Made by a program: the position numbers and the translations under genes. This document shows positions 20,365 to 32,086 of a stretch of 64,000 bases of DNA, in pieces. The DNA lies in contig BEIK01000003.1 of assembly GCA_002923395.1 (NCBI GenBank), positions 2,337 to 66,336 on the forward strand, read 5' to 3'. How positions within the stretch are numbered: position 1 is the first letter of the stretch; each line of letters begins with the position of its first letter. The notes under the pieces are model-generated. The model had not been told where the DNA came from, did not search any database, and saw nothing but the letters and a program-made list of their open reading frames with translations. Source of the stretch: a bacterium HR34 (GTDB lineage: Bacteria; Patescibacteriota; Minisyncoccia; Minisyncoccales; HRBIN34).

Positions 20365-20400
20365 TGCTCCGAATGCTCGCGATCGTGAACATTTGGAGCA
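20365..20400. repeat. Intergenic hairpin of the TTCAC-N-GTGAA family, copy 1
   Basis: TGCTCCGAATGCTCGC-GATC-GTGAACATTTGGAGCA, 16-bp arms with 3 non-Watson-Crick positions. Confidence 0.7.
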
Positions 20401-20595
20401 GGTATATTTTTTCCACTTTTTAATTTGTGCAACCTTTCTTTATTCTTATTTTCTTTATTTTTACTCTTTCGTTTCCTTTTTTTAGAGTAAAATAAGATAA
20501 TTAAAGAAGGTATAAAAAGATAAAAGTCAGACATTTACCAAAACTTCCGAATACCTAACTGAATTTGCTTTTAAAGATACTAAATCGTTGAAAAT

Positions 20596-20644
20596 TTACT
20601 CATCTTATACACCCTCTTGACTTGATTTTTTGATTGTGTAAAAT
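20596..20644 (+). promoter_or_regulatory. Probable sigma70 promoter of the 23S-5S unit, preceded by TTACTCATCTTATACA
   Basis: Motif 20596-20611, TTGACT 20617-20622, 16-nt spacer, TAAAAT 20639-20644 with upstream TG. Confidence 0.6.
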
Positions 20645-20820
20645 AATAAATATGATGGAAAAATTAATAAAATATAAGAGCGGGTAGAATTTTGGTCTTT
20701 CTGTTTTTTGTTGCCATTGACCGCATTTTTAAAAATGCGGTTTTTGGTTTATAAAGCACTCTACAATTGAATAAAGTTTAATAAATTTGACAACAAGCAG
20801 GTGCTATTTGCCAACCCAGA

Positions 20821-23700
<2,880 letters not shown>

Positions 23701-23752
23701 TTCTTGGGTTGGCAAATAATACCTGCTTTGTTCAATTATAATTAAAAAGCCA

Positions 23753-23871
23753 CTAGTGGGGGCTATACTGGGCTTGTTCCACCCGTTCCCATTCCGAACA
23801 CGGAAGTGAAATAGCCCAAGGCCGATGGTAGTCAGCGCTTGTCGCTGGCGAGAGTAGGTAGCTCCCACTAG
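23753..23871 (+). rRNA. rrf: 5S rRNA
   Basis: CCACCCGTTCCCATTCCGAACACGGAAGTGAA, GCCGATGGTAGT, GAGAGTAGGT; terminal helix CTAGTGGG/CCCACTAG. Confidence 0.95.
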
Positions 23872-24034
23872 TGGCTTTTTAAGTTTGTGCCCAATGCAGA
23901 GAATTATAATTCTTTATAACTGACTATTATCGGAGGCATTAATTTTTATGGCCAATATTTACTTTACAAAATAACTAATTGTATAAATCATCCTCTTTTA
24001 TTATTCGCGATTTTGTGTCATAATAATAAAAAAT

Positions 24035-24835
24035 ATGTCCCTAAGTTTTAGAAAGAAAAGTCAAAAAAACATATTGCTTGTCTTTGTTTTTGTAGTTTTC
24101 ATTGTATCTTTTTTGTTTTACAATAACCAGATAAGGGTTTTTTTCTATACGATATTCAAACCAATATCTCCTTTTTTTACTTTTTTAGGAGGTTTTTATC
24201 ATAATAACATAGAGCCTTTTTTTACTGTAAAGCAGGTTTACCAAGAGAACAAAGAAATAAAACAAAAAATTACAGAATTGGAAAAGCTAAAATTTGAGTC
24301 AGAGTTGTTATTGAAAAAAGGAAAAGAATCTTTGATTTTCCAAGGTTTTAATACATTGGAAGCAAGAATTTTAAGTAGATCATTGTCGCAAGATGTTTTA
24401 ATAATGTTTACTTACAGCAAAGACAAACCAATAAAATCTAGTTATCCTGTATTTTTGAAAAGCGGAATTTTGATAGGTTTTGTTGATAAAGTTTTTACAT
24501 CACCTTTATCAGGAAATTATTTTTTTTCAGTTAAATTATTATCGCAAGAAGGCCAAACTTTGGAAGTTTCAAATTACAAAGGTGAAAAAGTAGGAGTTTT
24601 AACAGGGCTTGGCAAGGGCAGGGTTATGCTGGATTTGATACCACGGGAAGTTGACCTAAAAGAAGGTTATTATCTTTTTTCAAAAAGCGAAAGTGTGAAT
24701 GTGCCAGAGGGTTTTTTAGTAGGTCAGGTGAAGAAAGTACACAAAAATGATTTAGACCCATTCTTAAAAGCAGAAGCGTCGCTTATAGAAGATCCTTTTT
24801 TAGAAGAATTTTTTAATGTTTTAATAATACCATAA
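24035..24835 (+). CDS. mreC: Rod shape-determining protein MreC
   Basis: N-terminal TM, ENKEIK coiled coil, G.LIG.V..V, P.G.LVGQV, upstream of PBP2. Confidence 0.7.
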   Translation: MSLSFRKKSQKNILLVFVFVVFIVSFLFYNNQIRVFFYTIFKPISPFFTFLGGFYHNNIEPFFTVKQVYQENKEIKQKITELEKLKFESELLLKKGKESLIFQGFNTLEARILSRSLSQDVLIMFTYSKDKPIKSSYPVFLKSGILIGFVDKVFTSPLSGNYFFSVKLLSQEGQTLEVSNYKGEKVGVLTGLGKGRVMLDLIPREVDLKEGYYLFSKSESVNVPEGFLVGQVKKVHKNDLDPFLKAEASLIEDPFLEEFFNVLIIP

Positions 24836-25119
24836 TGCCAAAAGAGTTTGTTTCATTTTTAATCCCTTTTACAACTGCATTGTTTTTTACGGCGCCAGCG
24901 CATTTTAATAGTATCATTTTTGCAATTATTTTTTTTATTTTTGTTTTTTTGAAATTGTTGTTTTTGAAGGACGCAGGATTTATTTCTTACATTGCGCTTT
25001 TGTTGTCAGGCATAATTTTTGATATTTTTTCTTTATACTCTTATCCTTTATTTTCAGGATTATTTTTGGTTTTAATTATAGTCCACTATTTGGTGATTCA
25101 AAAATCAATTATTTATTAG
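24835..25119 (+). CDS. Small hydrophobic protein, possibly a reduced MreD
   Basis: Multiple TM segments, GIIFDIFS motif, located between mreC and PBP2. Confidence 0.45.
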   Translation: MPKEFVSFLIPFTTALFFTAPAHFNSIIFAIIFFIFVFLKLLFLKDAGFISYIALLLSGIIFDIFSLYSYPLFSGLFLVLIIVHYLVIQKSIIY

Positions 25120-25122
25120 AAT

Positions 25123-27054
25123 ATGTTTGAAGGGAAAAATAAAAAATTTTATGACGTTTCAGATGATTTTTTTGCCAATCGCAATTTAGATATAGAAGAA
25201 AGTGTTGGTAGTTCTTTAAATATTTCATTAAAAAGACAGGCAATAATTTTAATTTCTGTCTCGATTTTTGTATTTCTTTTTTTTGCAGGCAAAATCCTTT
25301 TTACACAAATAGTTAAAGGCAGTGAGTTTGAAAATGTTTCTTTGCAAAATGCTTTTATGGAAAAGAAACTTAAAGCCAACAGAGGCGTGATTTACGACAG
25401 AAATATGAATCAATTGGCTTTTAATGACATTCAGTTTAATTTGGTTTTAAATCTTGAAAATTATAACTTATCTGAAATAAAAAATGAAATTTACAACATT
25501 TCCAAGGTCATTGATTTAGATTCAGATGAAGAAAGTTTACTAAAGGTTATAGAAGATGCAAAAAATAATGGCAAAGATAAATTTATATTGAAAGAAAATT
25601 TACCATATGAAAATGTTTTATCTTTTTATGCATTGCCTTATGATTTTAAGTTTGTAAGTTTAGAAAGAGATGTAAAAAGATTTTATGAAAACGGTCCTTA
25701 CTTTTCTCATATAATAGGTTACACAAGTAAAATTACTTTGGAAGAATGGAAAGAAAACAAAGATATTTATGATATTTATGATGTTGTTGGTAGGGCAGGA
25801 GTTGAAAAAGTATATGAAGAATATTTAAGAAGTTCGCCGGGGAAAATTGTATACAAAAGAGATGCCAGAAACAATGCAATAGGGAAGGTAGTTGAACAAC
25901 CGCCATCTCCGGGCAGCAGCGTTGTTTTAACAATAGATAAAAATTTACAAGAATTTATTTTCGATTCTTTGGAAAAACAGGTAAAAGATAAAAAAGCAGA
26001 TGGTGGTGTTGTTATAGTTATGAAGCCAAAAACAGGGGAAATTTTATCACTTGTAAGTTATCCAAGTTATGATAATAATATTTTCTCAAAAGGAACATTT
26101 CAAGATATTGAAAGTCTATTTAATGATAAATCAAGGCCAATGTTTAATAGAGCAATTTCGGGCATTGGTTTTCCCACCGGTTCTACAATCAAACCTTTTA
26201 TAGGAGTTGCTGGATTGGCGGAAGGGATAGTGAACGAATTTACAAAATTCGATACTTCTTCTGGTAAAATAATCGTTCGAAATCCTTATAATAAAGACAT
26301 CGTTTATGAATTTCATGATTGGCAGCCTCATGGATTAGTTGATATAAGAAAAGCAATAGCAGTTTCTTCAAACATATATTTTTACATAGTTGGAGGAGGT
26401 TATAAAGATTTTAAGGGTTTAGGGGTTGAAAAAGTGAAATCGTGGCTTGAAAAGTTTGGTTTTTCCAAAAAAACTCAAATAGATTTAACATCAGAAGGAG
26501 AAGGATTTATTCCTTACCCTGAGTGGAAAAAAGATAAATTAAAGGAAAATTGGTATATTGGTGACACATATAACTTATCTATTGGACAGGGTTATTTTTC
26601 GGCAACTCCTATTGAATTAATTACAGCATATTCTGGCATAGCAAATGATGGTTATATAGTGAAGCCAAGAGTAGTTAAAGAAATAATTAATAGCGAAACA
26701 AAAGAAGTTGTGAGAACTTTTGAACCTGAAATACTTTACTCTAATTTGGCAGAAAAAAGAATTTTTAGGATTATAAAAGAAGGAATGCGCCAGAGTGTTG
26801 AGTATGGAACAGCTACTTTTTTAAACGACTTACCTGTAAAAGTTGGAGCAAAAACAGGTACTGCTCAAATAGGCATAAAAACAGAAGCAGGAGAAGATAT
26901 AATACACAGTTGGATAGTTACCTTCTACCCCTATGACAATCCTGAAATAATTATAATTGCGATGTTGGAAAATGTTAGAGGAAAAGGATTAGGACCTACG
27001 GTTATTGCAAAAGAAGTTTTAGAAAAAATAATTAACGAAAACTTAAAGTTTTAG
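25123..27054 (+). CDS. mrdA: Penicillin-binding protein 2 (class B)
   Basis: RGVIYDRN, HIIGY, G..GVEK.YE..L, GSTIKP (SxxK), SSN, KTGTAQ. Confidence 0.9.
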   Translation: MFEGKNKKFYDVSDDFFANRNLDIEESVGSSLNISLKRQAIILISVSIFVFLFFAGKILFTQIVKGSEFENVSLQNAFMEKKLKANRGVIYDRNMNQLAFNDIQFNLVLNLENYNLSEIKNEIYNISKVIDLDSDEESLLKVIEDAKNNGKDKFILKENLPYENVLSFYALPYDFKFVSLERDVKRFYENGPYFSHIIGYTSKITLEEWKENKDIYDIYDVVGRAGVEKVYEEYLRSSPGKIVYKRDARNNAIGKVVEQPPSPGSSVVLTIDKNLQEFIFDSLEKQVKDKKADGGVVIVMKPKTGEILSLVSYPSYDNNIFSKGTFQDIESLFNDKSRPMFNRAISGIGFPTGSTIKPFIGVAGLAEGIVNEFTKFDTSSGKIIVRNPYNKDIVYEFHDWQPHGLVDIRKAIAVSSNIYFYIVGGGYKDFKGLGVEKVKSWLEKFGFSKKTQIDLTSEGEGFIPYPEWKKDKLKENWYIGDTYNLSIGQGYFSATPIELITAYSGIANDGYIVKPRVVKEIINSETKEVVRTFEPEILYSNLAEKRIFRIIKEGMRQSVEYGTATFLNDLPVKVGAKTGTAQIGIKTEAGEDIIHSWIVTFYPYDNPEIIIIAMLENVRGKGLGPTVIAKEVLEKIINENLKF

Positions 27055-27114
27055 GTTTTTGTTGACATTTTTTAAAGTTTGTAGATAATTTATTAATATT
27101 ATTTTGAAAATTGT

Positions 27115-27576
27115 ATGCCAAGTAATAAATATACAACAACAAAAGAAGGACTTAAAAGAGCAAAAAAAGAATTGCAAGAACTTAAAGAAAAAAGGAAAGA
27201 AATTGCTCAGAGGTTAAAAGAAGCGATGTCTTTTGGGGATTTGTCTGAGAACGCCGAATATCAGGATGCAAGAGAACAGCAGGCGATGTTAGAGAAAAAG
27301 ATAAGTGAATTAGAGGATTTTATAGAAAACGCAATTGTTGTTGATGTTGTCAAAAGTAAAAACACAGTTTCTTTAGGGAGTAAGGTTGAACTTGAAAGTA
27401 ATGGTAAGAAATTTGTTTTTGAACTAGTTGAGCCAGCCTTTGCAAATCCTTTAGAAGGTAAAATATCAATAGATTCTCCTTTAGGTCAGGTTTTACTTTC
27501 AAAAAAAGTTGGAGATGAAGTTTTGGTCGAAACTCCTAACGGAAAAGTTAATTACAAGATATTAAAAATTAGTTAA
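27115..27576 (+). CDS. greA: Transcription elongation factor GreA
   Basis: GDLSENAEYQDARE, KISIDSPLGQ.L. Confidence 0.95.
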   Translation: MPSNKYTTTKEGLKRAKKELQELKEKRKEIAQRLKEAMSFGDLSENAEYQDAREQQAMLEKKISELEDFIENAIVVDVVKSKNTVSLGSKVELESNGKKFVFELVEPAFANPLEGKISIDSPLGQVLLSKKVGDEVLVETPNGKVNYKILKIS

Positions 27577-27584
27577 ATTTTTCT

Positions 27585-28529
27585 ATGTTTGATATTTTGA
27601 GCGTTTTTATTGTAGTCGTAGGGCTTGTCGTTTTTGAAGTTGTTAATAGTATAGACAACGCTATTGTGAACGCTCATATATTAAAAACGATGTCTCAATG
27701 GGCAAGACGATGGTTTTTAATTTGGGGTTTGATTACAGCTGTTTTTTTAATAAGGGGAGTTTTGCCATTTTTAATATTATGGTTAACCCATCCTGATGTA
27801 TCCTTTATCCAAGCGTGGCATATTGTGTTTTCTGGTGATATAAATTTATCCAAAGAACATTTCGAAGAAACCTCTTTTATTTTGCTTTTGGGTGGTGGAA
27901 TGTTTTTACTCTTGCTTTATTTTCACTGGCTTTTTCTGGAAAAGAAAAATCCATTTTTCCCAATAGACAAACTAATAGAGCCTAGAAACTATGGAGTTTG
28001 GTTTTTTGCTGTTGCAGCATTGTTGTTAGTGTTAGTTCTGTATTTTGCGAGAGAAAATCCAATAGCAATGTTATCTGCTGCCGTTGGTAATGCAGGCTTT
28101 TTTATATTGTATGGTTTTCGTGAAACAGCAGAAAAAGAGGAACAAAAAATGTTATCAGGGCAGTCAACCAAATCAGATATATCAAAGCTATTGTTCTTAG
28201 AAGTTTTAGATGCCTCTTTTAGTATAGATAGTGTTGTTGGCGCTTTTGCCTTTACAACAAGTATTCCTTTGATTTTACTTGGTAATGGAATAGGGGCTTT
28301 GGTTGTAAGAGAACTTACAATTAAAAGCATAGATAAAGTTGCCAAATACAGATGGTTGAAAAATGGAGCTATGACTTCAATCGGGTTTCTGGGCGGTTTT
28401 ATGATTTTGGAGGGTTTCGGCGTGCATATTCCAGAATGGCTTCCTACTTTAACAACAATAGGCTTAGTTGGAGTTGCTTTTTATTATTCAAGAAAATTAA
28501 TAAAAAAGCAAGGAAATCACTTGGTTTAA
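27585..28529 (+). CDS. DUF475 / TerC-like integral membrane protein
   Basis: FEVVNSIDNAIVNA, LFLEVLDASFSIDSVVGAFAFT, multiple TMs. Confidence 0.8.
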   Translation: MFDILSVFIVVVGLVVFEVVNSIDNAIVNAHILKTMSQWARRWFLIWGLITAVFLIRGVLPFLILWLTHPDVSFIQAWHIVFSGDINLSKEHFEETSFILLLGGGMFLLLLYFHWLFLEKKNPFFPIDKLIEPRNYGVWFFAVAALLLVLVLYFARENPIAMLSAAVGNAGFFILYGFRETAEKEEQKMLSGQSTKSDISKLLFLEVLDASFSIDSVVGAFAFTTSIPLILLGNGIGALVVRELTIKSIDKVAKYRWLKNGAMTSIGFLGGFMILEGFGVHIPEWLPTLTTIGLVGVAFYYSRKLIKKQGNHLV

Positions 28530-28627
28530 CGGCATCTCTTTATAGAGTAAAATTAATATAAAGGTTTAATTTTGTAATTTTTGTTTTGTTTGGTAAAATT
28601 GGTTATTAATTTAAGAATTTAAATTCT

Positions 28628-30088
28628 ATGGAAGAAGATGTAAAAAAAGATAAGCTAAAAAAAGTAGAAAATTTGCGAAAACTTGGTATAAATCCTTATC
28701 CTGTGGAGGTTGGAGATTTAATAAGAATAAGAGAGGTTTTAGATAATTTTGAGGAATATGAGAAAAAAGGCGAAAAGATTAAAATTGCAGGAAGAATTTT
28801 AAGTAGAAGGTGGCACGGAAAAATAATTTTTTTAACAATAGATGATAATACAGATGAAATTCAGGTTGTTTTAAGAGAGGATATTTTAGGAGAAGAGAAC
28901 TACAATTTATTTTTAGATAATATTGAAAAAGACGATATTGTTGAGTTTTTAGGTGAGGTAATGATTACGAAGAGAGGGCAAAAAAGTTTACTGGCTAGTT
29001 CCTGGCGAATTCTTACAAAAGCAATTTTGCCAATTCCGGATAGATGGTATGGGTTAAAAGATGTTGAGGAAAGATATAGAAAAAGATATTTAGATTTGTT
29101 GTTAAACAGAGAGGTGAAGGAAAATTTTATTTTAAGGAGTAAAATAATTAAAGAAATAAGAAAGTATTTGGACGAACAGGGCTTCATTGAAGTTGAAACG
29201 CCTGTTTTACAACCAATTTATGGCGGGGCTTCGGCAAGGCCCTTTATTACGGATCTTTTTGTTTTAAAAATGAAACTTTATTTAAGAATATCTCCTGAGT
29301 TATATTTAAAAAGACTAATAGTTGGAGGATTTGATAAAGTTTATGAACTCGGAAGAGTATTTAGAAACGAAGGGATAGATAGAACTCATAACCCAGAATT
29401 TACTTCTTTAGAATTTTACATTGCCTATTGCGATTATAAAAAATTAATGGATTTTACAGAGCAGTTTATAAGAGAAGTTGTCAAAAGAAGTATTGGAAGA
29501 ACAAAAATTATATATGAGGATAAAGAAATTGATTTTGAGAAAAAATGGGAAAGATTGGATTATTGTGAATTGTTTGAAAAAGAAGTGGGGTTACATCCTT
29601 TAAGGGCTGATATTTCTCAATTAAGAGAAAAAGCAAAAGAGTTGGGTGTGGAGATAAAAAAAGAAGATACAGAAATTGAAATAATTGACGAGTTGTTTAA
29701 AGAAGTATGCCTTCCGAAGTTGCAAAATCCAACATTTTTAATAAATCATCCTAAGGGCACATTTCCATTAGCAAAATCAAGAGATGACAATGGCGAATAT
29801 TTGGCAAGTTTTCAGGTTTTTGCAGGAGGTATGCAGTTGATAACTGCCTTTTCTGAGTTAAACGACCCAATTGAGCAAGAAGAACGTCTTAAAGAACAAG
29901 AAAAAATTTTTAAAAAAGGTTTGGATATAGCTCATCGTCTTGATGAGGATTTTATAGAGGCTTTAAGTTATGGTATGCCTCCAACTGCTGGGTTTGGACT
30001 TGGAATAGACAGGTTTGTTTCCTTATTAACAAACTCTCATGCCATAAAAGATGTTATATTATTTCCATTTTTAAGGCCTAGAAATTAA
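28628..30088 (+). CDS. lysS: Lysine--tRNA ligase (class II)
   Basis: EVETPVLQ..YGGASARPF, YLRISPELYLKRL, FRNEGID..HNPEFT, YGMPPTAGFGLGIDR. Confidence 0.96.
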   Translation: MEEDVKKDKLKKVENLRKLGINPYPVEVGDLIRIREVLDNFEEYEKKGEKIKIAGRILSRRWHGKIIFLTIDDNTDEIQVVLREDILGEENYNLFLDNIEKDDIVEFLGEVMITKRGQKSLLASSWRILTKAILPIPDRWYGLKDVEERYRKRYLDLLLNREVKENFILRSKIIKEIRKYLDEQGFIEVETPVLQPIYGGASARPFITDLFVLKMKLYLRISPELYLKRLIVGGFDKVYELGRVFRNEGIDRTHNPEFTSLEFYIAYCDYKKLMDFTEQFIREVVKRSIGRTKIIYEDKEIDFEKKWERLDYCELFEKEVGLHPLRADISQLREKAKELGVEIKKEDTEIEIIDELFKEVCLPKLQNPTFLINHPKGTFPLAKSRDDNGEYLASFQVFAGGMQLITAFSELNDPIEQEERLKEQEKIFKKGLDIAHRLDEDFIEALSYGMPPTAGFGLGIDRFVSLLTNSHAIKDVILFPFLRPRN

Positions 30089-30092
30089 AAAT

Positions 30093-31346
30093 ATGATAGA
30101 CATAAAATTAATAAGAGAAAATCCAGATTATATTAAAAAGGCGCTTTCAAAAAGAAAAGTTGATGGTAAATCAATAGATAATATTTTAGAGTTAGATAAA
30201 GTTTATAGAGAAAATTTAACAAATTTAGAAAATCTAAGAGCGCAACTTAATAAAATTTCAAAAAAGGTTCCAAAAACAGATGACAAAGAGCCATTATTAA
30301 AACAGGCGCAAGAAATAAAAAAAGAAATATCTATTTTAGAAGATAAGGTGTCGCAGATAAAAGAAGAATTAGATAATTTAATGTACTCTTTGCCAAACAT
30401 TCCCCAAGAAGATGTACCAGATGGAGGAGAAGACGACTTTATAGAACTTAAAAAATGGGGAGAGCCAACTAAATTTGATTTTGCAATAAAAGACCACTTA
30501 GATTTGGGAGAAGCGTTAGATATTATAGATGTTAAAAGGGCTACTAAAGTTTCTGGGTCTAGATTTTATTATTTAAAAGGAAAAGGGGCTTTATTGGAGT
30601 TTGCTTTGGTAAATTTTATAATTGATAAGGCCTTGAAGAACAATTTTATTCCTGTTATACCACCTGTTTTGATAAGGTATGAGATAATGAAAGCAATGGG
30701 TTATATAGACACTCCAGAAGATTTAGCAGAAAGATATTTCTTAGAAAAAGATAATTTATTTTTGGTTGGAACTTCTGAACAATCAGTTGGGCCAATGCAT
30801 AAAGACGAAGTTTTCGAGAAAGATGATTTGCCAAGGCGATACATTGCTTTTTCAAGTTGTTTCAGAGAAGAGGCAGGTTCTTATGGAAAAGATATAAGAG
30901 GGATATTAAGGGTTCATCAGTTTGATAAGGTAGAGCTTTTTAGTTATGCTTTACCCGAAAAATCGAAAGAAGAGCACGAGTTTTTGGTTAATTTTGAAGA
31001 AAGTTTGTGGCAAGATCTTAAAATACCATACAGAGTTTTGCTTTTAGCAAGTAATGATATGTCAAGACCATCTTCTAAAACGATAGATATAGAAGCGTGG
31101 ATACCTTCGCAAAATAAATATAGAGAAGTAAGCTCTGCTTCTAATACAACTGATTTTCAAGCAAGGAGGTTGAATATTAAATATAAAGATGAACAAAACA
31201 ATTTGCGCTTTGTCCATATGTTAAACGCCACTGGTTTGCCTATTGGTAGAACTATTATAACGATTATGGAAAATTATCAAACAAAAGAAGGTAGAATAAA
31301 AGTTCCTGATGTTTTAGTAAAATATTTAGGCTTTGAAATTATATAA
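30093..31346 (+). CDS. serS: Serine--tRNA ligase
   Basis: LVGTSEQ, CFREEAGSYGKD.RGILRVHQFDKVE, YREVSSASN.TDFQARRL, LNAT. Confidence 0.97.
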   Translation: MIDIKLIRENPDYIKKALSKRKVDGKSIDNILELDKVYRENLTNLENLRAQLNKISKKVPKTDDKEPLLKQAQEIKKEISILEDKVSQIKEELDNLMYSLPNIPQEDVPDGGEDDFIELKKWGEPTKFDFAIKDHLDLGEALDIIDVKRATKVSGSRFYYLKGKGALLEFALVNFIIDKALKNNFIPVIPPVLIRYEIMKAMGYIDTPEDLAERYFLEKDNLFLVGTSEQSVGPMHKDEVFEKDDLPRRYIAFSSCFREEAGSYGKDIRGILRVHQFDKVELFSYALPEKSKEEHEFLVNFEESLWQDLKIPYRVLLLASNDMSRPSSKTIDIEAWIPSQNKYREVSSASNTTDFQARRLNIKYKDEQNNLRFVHMLNATGLPIGRTIITIMENYQTKEGRIKVPDVLVKYLGFEII

Positions 31347-31351
31347 AAAAT

Positions 31352-32062
31352 ATGGCAACAAGCCTTGTTGTTTTACACGGATGGGGGTCAAACTCTCAAA
31401 GATGGCAAAAAGTCAAAGAATTACTTGAAAGTAAGGGAATTAGTGCTATTATCTATGACTTGCCGGGTTTTGGTTATCAAAAAGAACCAGACAGGCCTTT
31501 TAATTTAGACGATTATATAAATTGGGTTGAGAAGAATATTTTTTCTAAAGTTGATGGCGATTTTATATTACTCGGACATTCTTTTGGCGGAAGAATAGCA
31601 ATAAAATACTGTGGCACTAGAGATGATAAAAGAATAAAAAAACTTATTTTAGTTTCTTCTCCTGTAAGGCCAAAGCATAAACCTTTTTATATAGATTTGA
31701 TTTTGAAAGTTGCTAAAAAACTATCCTTTATTCCGTTTTTTGACAAATTGCGAATTCTTTTTTACAGAAAAATTTTGAGAGTAGAAGATTATATCAAACT
31801 AAAAGGAGTTATGAAAGAAACTTTTAAAAATATTGTTTCAGAAGATATTTCAATTTGGCTTGAAAAAATAAAAGTTAAAACTTTAATAATATGGGGTGAT
31901 AAAGATAAAATTGTTTCTCCAAAATTGGGTTATGAACTAAAAGAAAGAATAAACGATTCAGAGCTAAAAATGATAAAAGGATGCGGCCACGCCCCTTATT
32001 TAACCCATCCACAGGAGTTCGCCGAGATAATTTATAGTTTTATTAAAGGTAAAAAATATTAG
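31352..32062 (+). CDS. Alpha/beta hydrolase
   Basis: LHGWG, DLPGFG, GHSFGG, IWGDKD, GH. Confidence 0.9.
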   Translation: MATSLVVLHGWGSNSQRWQKVKELLESKGISAIIYDLPGFGYQKEPDRPFNLDDYINWVEKNIFSKVDGDFILLGHSFGGRIAIKYCGTRDDKRIKKLILVSSPVRPKHKPFYIDLILKVAKKLSFIPFFDKLRILFYRKILRVEDYIKLKGVMKETFKNIVSEDISIWLEKIKVKTLIIWGDKDKIVSPKLGYELKERINDSELKMIKGCGHAPYLTHPQEFAEIIYSFIKGKKY

Positions 32063-32086
32063 GAAAATTTTCAAAGTTAAAAATAT

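Noticed and set aside
20602..20612. TCTTATACAC match to the Tn5/Nextera mosaic end
   Set aside because: Only 10 of 19 nt match and the flanks differ. The longer motif recurs with natural variation and fixed promoter spacing, unlike adapter contamination.
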